Assembly: GCF_047654805.1 (NCBI RefSeq)
Contig: NZ_JASGIV010000001.1
Span: 5,217,259-5,281,258, forward strand
Reading direction: 5' to 3'
Source: Roseateles sp.
Lineage (GTDB): Bacteria; Pseudomonadota; Gammaproteobacteria; Burkholderiales; Burkholderiaceae_C
Length of the DNA: 64,000 bases
Of this stretch, positions 57,589-64,000 are shown piece after piece (within the stretch, counting starts at the first letter, position 1; every line of letters starts with the position of its first letter). The position numbers and the translations under genes are program-made. Under the pieces are notes generated by a model. That model ran no database searches and was not told the DNA's origin. It saw only the letters and a program-made list of their open reading frames with translations.

Positions 57589-58137
57589 ATGAACACGCGA
57601 GACGTGGTGATCTTCAGCGGCGAACGCTTTGTCGTGCCGCAGTGCATTCAGAGAATCGACCATCTGTCGACGCACGGGTGGCAGCTGCGCTACGGCGGTA
57701 CCAAGCTGTTTTCCGACCACAGCCAGGATGGCAGCGGGGCAAGACGTGCGCTGGCGATGGCGACCAAGGAGTTGCTCAGGCGCATTGCGACGCTGCCCGC
57801 GCCGTCGCGGCTGCGCCGCACGCCCAGCCGCAAGAAGCAAAGCGACCTGCCTTCGGGCATCTCGGGTCCTATCGTGCGACAGCGTGCCGGCAGCCGCGTG
57901 CGTGACTGCAGTTTCGCCGTGACGCTGCCGCGCTTCGGCGAGACGCCGCTTGCGCGCAGCGTCTACATCGGCACGGAGAACACCTACACCGTCGAGCGCT
58001 ACCAGGAGGCGCTGCAGCGCGCCGTCGCGCTGCGCGAGAAGGCCGAGGCCGCCTACCAGCGCGCTGCGACCCGCGAGCGCCGTGCCCAGGCCCAGGCGCT
58101 GAAGCTGAAGATGGGCAGCCTGCTCGGCAAGGCCTGA
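57589..58137 (+). CDS. hypothetical protein with two AP2/integrase-type DNA-binding-like repeats and a basic coiled-coil tail
   Basis: 182 aa from ATG57589. The two repeats are ...HGWQLRYGGTKLFSDHSQDGSGARRALAMATKELLRRI... and ...FAVTLPRFGETPLARSVYIGTENTYTVERYQEALQRAVALREKAEAAY.... The family call is tentative. Confidence 0.55.
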   Translation: MNTRDVVIFSGERFVVPQCIQRIDHLSTHGWQLRYGGTKLFSDHSQDGSGARRALAMATKELLRRIATLPAPSRLRRTPSRKKQSDLPSGISGPIVRQRAGSRVRDCSFAVTLPRFGETPLARSVYIGTENTYTVERYQEALQRAVALREKAEAAYQRAATRERRAQAQALKLKMGSLLGKA

Positions 58138-58248
58138 CGCCCGGTTCAATTCACCGGGCGGTTCAGGCGGCTGAAACCCGCTTGAACCGACGCGGGTGCT
58201 GGCGGCGGACACAATCGGCGGCCCTGGCTCCGATGCCGCCTGCTGCCC

Positions 58249-59391
58249 ATGCCACCTGCCGCCTCCCTGCCCCACCGCGCGCTCGCGCTGCTGAACGCGT
58301 TGCGGCCTGCGCCGCAAGCCGTCAATGCGCGTGAGCGCCTGCGCGTGCTGCTGGGGGCCGGTATCGGCATCCTGCTGGCCGGAGCGCTCAGCCAGACGGC
58401 ACTGACGCCGGGCCTGCCCTGGCTGGTGGCGCCGCTGGGCGCGAGCGCGGTTCTGGTCTTCGGCCTGCCGGCCAGCCCGCTGGCCCAGCCCTGGGCCGTG
58501 CTGGGCGGCAACACGGCCTCGGCGTTGGTTGGCATCGCCTGCCTGCACTGGCTGCCGCTGCCGCCCATGGCGGTAGCCGCCGCCGCGGTGGCGCTTGCCA
58601 TCGGCACGATGTTCCTGCTGCGCTGCCTTCATCCGCCCGGCGGCGCTGCAGCGTTGCTGATGGTGCTGACCGCGACCCAGGACTGGCATTTCGCGCTACT
58701 GCCCGTGGCGCTGAACTCCTTGCTGCTGGTGCTGGCCGGCATGATCTACAACAGCCTGACCGGTCGCCGCTACCCGCATGCCCAGCAGGCGCCCGCGCCG
58801 GCCGGCGCGCAGGTGGCGCCGCCCCGCTTCGGTGATGCCGAACTGGATGCCGTGCTGGCCCGCTACAACCAGGTGCTGGACGTGCCGCGCGACGACCTTG
58901 CCGACCTGCTGCACGAGGCCGAGCTGCTGAGCTACCGCAACCGCATGGGGCGGCTGCGTTGCGCGGACATCATGTCCAGCCCGGTCATCACCGTCGAGTT
59001 CGGCACGCCACTGGCCGAAGCTTGGACTCTGCTGCAGGAGCACAACATCAAGGCCCTGCCGGTGGTGGACCGGGTGCAGCGCATTGTCGGCATCGTGACG
59101 AGGGCCGACTTCATGCGCGCCGCGCAAGGCCAGCGACGCGAGGGGCTGGGCGAGCGGTTGCAGGCGCTGCTGCGACCCTCGCCGTCCACGCATTCGACCA
59201 AGCCCGAAGTGGTGGGCCAGATCATGAGCCGCCAGGTGCGCGTGGCCAGTGCCGATCGACCCATCGCCGGGCTGGTGCCGCTCTTCTCGGACACCGGCCA
59301 CCACCACATCCCCATCGTCGGCGAGCAGGCCCGGCTCGTCGGCATCCTCACGCAATCCGACCTCGTGAAAGCGCTCAGCCATGGCCCATGA
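58249..59391 (+). CDS. HPP-family membrane protein fused to a CBS-domain pair
   Basis: 380 aa. It has the HPP motif LRCLHPPGGAAALL within about 4 TM helices, followed by two CBS repeats (IMSSPVITVEF...; IMSRQVRVASAD...HHIPIV). Confidence 0.85.
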   Translation: MPPAASLPHRALALLNALRPAPQAVNARERLRVLLGAGIGILLAGALSQTALTPGLPWLVAPLGASAVLVFGLPASPLAQPWAVLGGNTASALVGIACLHWLPLPPMAVAAAAVALAIGTMFLLRCLHPPGGAAALLMVLTATQDWHFALLPVALNSLLLVLAGMIYNSLTGRRYPHAQQAPAPAGAQVAPPRFGDAELDAVLARYNQVLDVPRDDLADLLHEAELLSYRNRMGRLRCADIMSSPVITVEFGTPLAEAWTLLQEHNIKALPVVDRVQRIVGIVTRADFMRAAQGQRREGLGERLQALLRPSPSTHSTKPEVVGQIMSRQVRVASADRPIAGLVPLFSDTGHHHIPIVGEQARLVGILTQSDLVKALSHGP

Positions 59392-60409
59392 CCACGACAT
59401 CTTCCGCTGGGGCGTCATCGGCCCCGGCGGCATCGCCAACCGTTTTGCCGCCGCGCTGGCCGGCGTGCCAGGTGCCCGCCTGGCCGCCGTGTTCGCGCGC
59501 GATGCCGCCAAAGGCAAGGCCTACGCGGCGCAGTGGCAGCGCGACGGCGAGGCGGCGCGCGTGACGACAGCGCTGCCAGACCTGCTGGCTGACCCGACCG
59601 TTGACGCCATCTATGTCGCCACGCCGCATTCCCACCACGGTGAGTACGTCCGGGCCGCGCTATCGGCAGCAAAGCCTGTGTTGTGCGAGAAGCCGCTGGT
59701 GACGACGCGGGCCGAGGGCCAGGCCCTTGTGGACCTGGCGCGCAAGCGGCAGGTCTTCCTGATGGAGGCGCTGTGGACGCGGTTCCTGCCCGCCTATGAA
59801 CTTGCCGGCCGTTTGCTGCGCGACGGTGCCATCGGGGAGCTGCGCGCGATGCAGTCGAGCTTTTGCTTCGCCGCGGAATACGACCCGCTGCACCGCCAGT
59901 GGAACCCGGCGTTGGCCGGCGGCGCGCTGTGGGACATCGGCATCTACAACTTGGCCGTCACGCGCTGGGTGCTGCAGCAGATGAACGATGGCGTCTGCCC
60001 GGAGCCGGTGGCGATGGACGTGCAGGCCAAGATGGCGCCCACCGGCGTGGATGCGGCCGTGACGGCGACGCTGCACTTCCCCGGCGGCGTCACGTCGCAG
60101 TTCCGCTGCGGCTTCGACGCGGCGTCGGTGAATTCCTTCGAGGCCATCGGTTCCAGGGCCGGGCTGCGCTTTCCGGTGGATTTCTGGGGCTCGGAGGCCG
60201 TCGAGCTGGTCACGCGCAAGGCACCGCCCGAGCGCTTCGCAGCGCCCTTTGCCGTCAATGGCTTCGAGGGCGAGATCGCCGAGGCCCAGGCCTGCATCCG
60301 CCAGGGCCTGGTCGAGAGCCCGCGCATGTCACACGCAGAGACGCTGGCCCTGCTGGGCTGGATGGACGCCATCCGCGCGCGCTTTCCCGGCGCTGGCAAC
60401 CAGTCCTAG
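59381..60409 (+). CDS. Gfo/Idh/MocA-family oxidoreductase
   Basis: 342 aa. N-terminal Rossmann motif FRWGVIGPGGIANRF, then ...VLCEKPL.... It overlaps the previous gene by 11 nt. Confidence 0.88.
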   Translation: MAHDHDIFRWGVIGPGGIANRFAAALAGVPGARLAAVFARDAAKGKAYAAQWQRDGEAARVTTALPDLLADPTVDAIYVATPHSHHGEYVRAALSAAKPVLCEKPLVTTRAEGQALVDLARKRQVFLMEALWTRFLPAYELAGRLLRDGAIGELRAMQSSFCFAAEYDPLHRQWNPALAGGALWDIGIYNLAVTRWVLQQMNDGVCPEPVAMDVQAKMAPTGVDAAVTATLHFPGGVTSQFRCGFDAASVNSFEAIGSRAGLRFPVDFWGSEAVELVTRKAPPERFAAPFAVNGFEGEIAEAQACIRQGLVESPRMSHAETLALLGWMDAIRARFPGAGNQS

Positions 60410-62001
60410 CGCGGCAGCCAGATGCGGTTGCTGCGTGCCGGATTGCGCTTGAGTGTCATGGCCACGCTGCCTTCTCCGGCCGCACCCTGCGTGCGCACTA
60501 CAGCTTCCGAGGAGGTCGCCCGCACGGTGCAGATGCCGCGGTCCACGTGGTCCAGCGCAGTGGCCAGCATGGCCTCGGTCGTGTCGCCCAGCGCGCGGCC
60601 GAAATCATCGGCAACGCTGCAGCCCTTGACGAAGCGCGTGCCGGCTGTGCCGCTGGCCGTGGGCTCGAAACCGTCCGCATAGTCGCCGAAGCCCTGGGCA
60701 TTCACGCCGGCGAACTCGATGGGGAAGTAGCTGAGACCGCAGTTGTCCTTGGCCGTGAAGCCATAGGGCTTGCCGCAGGTCTTGCCGCCGATCAGCACAA
60801 CCTCCACCCCCACGCCGCGCAGGCCGTTGATGACCGCCTCGCTGGCGGAGCAGGTACCCGACTGTGCCAGCACGTAGACGCGGCTCAGGTTCAGCGCCGG
60901 CAGCGCTTCTTCCTTGGTGCAACGGTTTCCGACGAGGATGCACGACGTGTTGTAGAAGGGCGTGACCTGGTTCTCGGCGCTGCGCTTGGCGCTGAAGCGC
61001 AGCGTTTCGAAGGCCTGGTTGCCGGTGCGTGAGGCGCCGGCGATCATGGTGGCCAGCTCGCTGGCGATGTAGAGGTAGCCGCCACCGTTGTAGCGCAGGT
61101 CCAGCACCAGCTCCTGCACGCCCTGGGCCTGGAAGCTGCGCACGGCCGTGATGAGCATGCCTTCCGCCGGCGCGACGTGGTCGTTGAAGAGCAGATAGCC
61201 TGCCCGGGTGCCCAGCGGAGTCGTCACGACGCGGGCGATGGGCACCGGCGTCTTGGTGACGACCGCGCTTGTCAGGCTGCGCGTGACGGTACTGCTGCCG
61301 GTGCGTGTGAACGTGAAGCTGCGCGGCGTGCCGGCCGTGCTGGGGTAGAGCGCCGCGTTCAGCAGATCGATGCCGGCGTTGTCGGTCGCGTCGGCGTTGA
61401 TGCCGTCCACGCTGTAGAGCTGGTCGCCGCGCACCACGCCCGCCAGATCCGCGGGGCTGCCGGGCTCGACATAGGCGACGCGGATCTGGCGCGGCGGCGT
61501 CGCGTTCGTCATCTTCCACTCGATGCCGTAGCCTGCCTCCATGCCGTCGGCGCTGAGCGCCCGCCACTCGTCCGTCGGGTAGGTGAAGCTGAAGCGGTCA
61601 CGCCGCTGGCCGGTGTCAGTCAGGTTGGGCGTCTTCAGCGCCTCGAAGTAGTTGTCCATCGCGGCATAGACGTCGCTGCCGCTGTAGCGCGCGCCGCTCG
61701 GGTCCACGCGCGGCACTTCGTCGCGCCACAGGTAGGCCTCGTCGAAATAGGCGCGCAGCCATTTCTTCTCTGTATCCAGCGTGCTGGTGCGCAGCCCGGC
61801 GGCGGCCATCGTGTTGTTGGCCGCGCATTGCTGGGCAAAGCTGGACGACGGGCCGGCCGGCTCGGTCGAAAGGCCGCCCGAGTTGCCGCCGGGATCCGTC
61901 GGACCCGACGAGCCGCTCCCACCTCCACCCCCGCCGCAGCCACTCAGGGCCAAGCCCAGAGCCAGGGTCAGCGCCGAGGCTCCGCGCAGTGCATTTGACA
62001 T
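60406..62001 (-). CDS. S41-family (C-terminal-processing-type) peptidase lipoprotein
   Basis: 531 aa from ATG62001, with GGAG upstream. Lipobox LGLALSGCGGGGGGS, a PDZ-like middle region, a catalytic Ser region LAQSGTCSASEAVINGL and a Lys region IGGKTCGKPYGF. Confidence 0.85.
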   Translation of the reverse strand: MSNALRGASALTLALGLALSGCGGGGGGSGSSGPTDPGGNSGGLSTEPAGPSSSFAQQCAANNTMAAAGLRTSTLDTEKKWLRAYFDEAYLWRDEVPRVDPSGARYSGSDVYAAMDNYFEALKTPNLTDTGQRRDRFSFTYPTDEWRALSADGMEAGYGIEWKMTNATPPRQIRVAYVEPGSPADLAGVVRGDQLYSVDGINADATDNAGIDLLNAALYPSTAGTPRSFTFTRTGSSTVTRSLTSAVVTKTPVPIARVVTTPLGTRAGYLLFNDHVAPAEGMLITAVRSFQAQGVQELVLDLRYNGGGYLYIASELATMIAGASRTGNQAFETLRFSAKRSAENQVTPFYNTSCILVGNRCTKEEALPALNLSRVYVLAQSGTCSASEAVINGLRGVGVEVVLIGGKTCGKPYGFTAKDNCGLSYFPIEFAGVNAQGFGDYADGFEPTASGTAGTRFVKGCSVADDFGRALGDTTEAMLATALDHVDRGICTVRATSSEAVVRTQGAAGEGSVAMTLKRNPARSNRIWLPR

Positions 62002-62093
62002 CGTTCTCACTCCCTGCAGATTCGCAGGGAATGTAAGCGCTATTTCATGCCATGGCGGCCTTGCCATGCCGCGCGAACCTGGCGTTATTCACC

Positions 62094-62993
62094 TCAGCGC
62101 AGGGCCAAGTCGACGACTGTGCCGACAAACACCGCGAAGCCCACCCAGTGATTGGCGCGGAAGGCACGGAAGCAGTCGTTGCGCTGGCGCTTGCGGATCA
62201 GCGTGAAGTGCCAGACGGCCTGCGCCGCCGCCGCCAAGATGCCGAGCAGGAACCAGCCGCCCAGGCCCAGGCGCAGGCTCAACGCCGTCCACAAGCCCAG
62301 GTAGATCGCGTAGAACGCCATGATGCCGGCCACGTCCCAGCGGCCCAGCGCGATGGCCGAGGAGCGCACGCCGATGCGCAGGTCGTCATCGCGATCCACC
62401 ATGGCGTACTCGGTGTCGTAGGCCAGCACCCAGAACAGGTTGGCCACCAGCAGCGCCCAGGCGGACAGAGGCACTGAATGCAGGTGCCATTCCATGCCAC
62501 CGAGCGCGGCCGCGAAGGCCATCGGGATGCCAAAGGAAAACGCGACGCCCAGCACCGCCTGCGGCATGGCCAGCACGCGTTTGGCGAAGGGGTAGACGAT
62601 GGCCACGGCCAGCGCCGCGAAACTCAGCAGGATGGCCGGCGGGTTGGTCGTCAGCACCAGGCCGAAGGACGCCAGCGACAGCGCCGCGCCGAGCAGCAGT
62701 GCCTCCTTCACAGTCACCGCGCCGGTCGTCACCGGTCGCTGGGCGGTGCGTTGCACATGGCGGTCGAAGTCCCGGTCAGCCACGTCGTTGATGCAGCAGC
62801 CGGCCGAGCGCATCAGCACGGTACCCAGCGTGAAGACGACCACCAGATGCAAGCCCGGCCAGCCGTCGGCGGCGATCCAGAGCGCCGACAGCGTCGGCCA
62901 CAGCAGCAGCAGCCAGCCGGCCGGGCGGTCCCAGCGGATCAGCTGAAGGTAGAGGGCCAGGCGCGAGGGCGCGGGCGCGGGAACAGAAGTCAT
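62094..62993 (-). CDS. ubiA: 4-hydroxybenzoate polyprenyltransferase
   Basis: 299 aa. It has the UbiA motif [17 protein letters not shown] and a second Asp-rich region [13 protein letters not shown]. Confidence 0.93.
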   Translation of the reverse strand: MTSVPAPAPSRLALYLQLIRWDRPAGWLLLLWPTLSALWIAADGWPGLHLVVVFTLGTVLMRSAGCCINDVADRDFDRHVQRTAQRPVTTGAVTVKEALLLGAALSLASFGLVLTTNPPAILLSFAALAVAIVYPFAKRVLAMPQAVLGVAFSFGIPMAFAAALGGMEWHLHSVPLSAWALLVANLFWVLAYDTEYAMVDRDDDLRIGVRSSAIALGRWDVAGIMAFYAIYLGLWTALSLRLGLGGWFLLGILAAAAQAVWHFTLIRKRQRNDCFRAFRANHWVGFAVFVGTVVDLALR

Positions 62994-63048
62994 GGGGACA
63001 TTCTCTCAACTCCACAATCGCCGCTTCGCCCCTTGACCGCCTCGTCCC

Positions 63049-63753
63049 ATGACCGATCTCAGCGCCTTCCCCATCACGAAGAAATGGCCCGCCGTACACC
63101 CGGACCGTCTGCAGCTGTACTCGCTGCCCACGCCCAACGGCGTGAAGGTGTCCATCGCGCTGGAGGAGATCGGCCTGCCCTACGAGCCGCATCTGGTCCG
63201 GTTCGACACCAACGACCAGCTCAGCCCCGAGTTTCTGTCGCTGAACCCGAACAACAAGATCCCCGCCATCATCGACCCCGATGGCCCCGGGGGGCGGCCG
63301 CTGGCGCTGTTCGAGAGCGGCGCCATCCTGGTCTATCTTGCCGGCAAGACCGGCCAGCTGCTGCCTGCGGATCCGGCCGGTCGCTATGAAGCCCTGCAGT
63401 GGCTGATGTTCCAGATGGGCGGCATCGGGCCCATGTTCGGCCAGGTCGGCTTCTTCCACAAATTCGCCGGCAAGGACTTCGAGGACAAGCGCCCGCGCGA
63501 CCGCTACGTCGCCGAGGCGCGCCGCCTGCTGGCGGTACTGGACGGCCACCTGCAGGGCCGGGCCTGGTTGGCGGGCGACGAGTACGGCATCGCCGACATC
63601 GCCACTTTCCCCTGGATCAACAACCTGCTGGGCTTCTACGGCGCCGGTGAACTGGTCGGCTATGGCGACTTTCGCGAGGTGGACCGGGTGCTACAGGCCT
63701 TCCTTGCGCGGCCGGCCGTACAGCGAGGACTGAAGATCCCAGCGCGAGACTGA
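63049..63753 (+). CDS. Nu-class glutathione S-transferase (YfcG/YghU-like)
   Basis: 234 aa. LYSLPTPNGVKVSIALEEIGLPYE...LNPNNKIPAIIDP...LFESGAILVYLA...QWLMFQMGGIGPMFGQ is collinear with E. coli YfcG as I recall it. Confidence 0.88.
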   Translation: MTDLSAFPITKKWPAVHPDRLQLYSLPTPNGVKVSIALEEIGLPYEPHLVRFDTNDQLSPEFLSLNPNNKIPAIIDPDGPGGRPLALFESGAILVYLAGKTGQLLPADPAGRYEALQWLMFQMGGIGPMFGQVGFFHKFAGKDFEDKRPRDRYVAEARRLLAVLDGHLQGRAWLAGDEYGIADIATFPWINNLLGFYGAGELVGYGDFREVDRVLQAFLARPAVQRGLKIPARD

Positions 63754-63778
63754 CGTCGGCGCTCCCAAGACCGCAGTC

Positions 63779-64000
63779 TCAGCGGGCGGCGATGCGACGA
63801 GCCAGCTCTGCCTCGTCGCGGTAGAGCGCCGGCACGGTGTCGCCCCAGAGCGCCAGCGCCCGGGCGGCACTGGAGGCTGCCAGCGCCGAGTCACCGGCCT
63901 CCTGTTCGGCCTGGGCCTGCAGGCCCAGCGCGAGGGCCAGCATCCAGCGACGGCTGGCGTTGTCATCCGGCCCTGAGCCGACCTGCATCAACGCCCCGGC
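63779..64000 (-). CDS. hypothetical protein, probably truncated by the window edge (C-terminal part)
   Basis: The frame is open from the right edge to TGA at 63779-81, and GC3 is high. The sequence is Ala/Leu-rich and helical (…ALALGLQAQAEQEAGDSALAASSAARALALWGD…). ATG63988 is a possible internal start. Confidence 0.4.
   Translation of the reverse strand, partial: AGALMQVGSGPDDNASRRWMLALALGLQAQAEQEAGDSALAASSAARALALWGDTVPALYRDEAELARRIAAR

Overview
This is a GC-rich, gene-dense chromosomal segment with strong G/C preference at codon position 3. By gene content and protein style it looks like a betaproteobacterium, probably Burkholderiales or Comamonadaceae-like, but that is inference only because no search was run.

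I call about 60 protein-coding genes.

- **Housekeeping anchors:** mnmG(gidA)-rsmG(gidB)-parA, fadH, ribA, putR/putA, proC, ubiC and ubiA.
- **Accessory functions:** LysE and DMT exporters, three ABC systems, several GNATs, GSTs, alpha/beta hydrolases, two GGDEF diguanylate cyclases and one MCP.
- **Not found by eye:** rRNA, tRNA, CRISPR array, transposase or integrase.

Many ORFs longer than 100 aa in the supplied track are antisense or out-of-frame shadow ORFs, which are typical of high-GC DNA. I rejected them.

The candidates most worth a second look are:

1. An eight-gene co-directional block at 22052-29590. It holds an MmcB-like PD-(D/E)XK nuclease, a DUF3857/transglutaminase-core protein with a C-terminal 4-TM anchor, two Cys-rich miniproteins, a DMT transporter, an adenylating enzyme, an NTP_transf_6-type nucleotidyltransferase and a GFA zinc protein. 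Three of its junctions are ATGA overlaps.
2. A TrmB-type regulator translationally coupled to a secreted single-chain double-DTG aspartic protease, followed by a CPBP intramembrane protease (31447-34476). It sits beside about 550 bp of decayed sequence.
3. An alpha/beta-hydrolase protein with an unknown N-terminal domain at the left window edge. It is linked to a truncated upstream gene by a 25-codon bridging ORF.

All family assignments come from motifs I could read in the translations, not from database searches.
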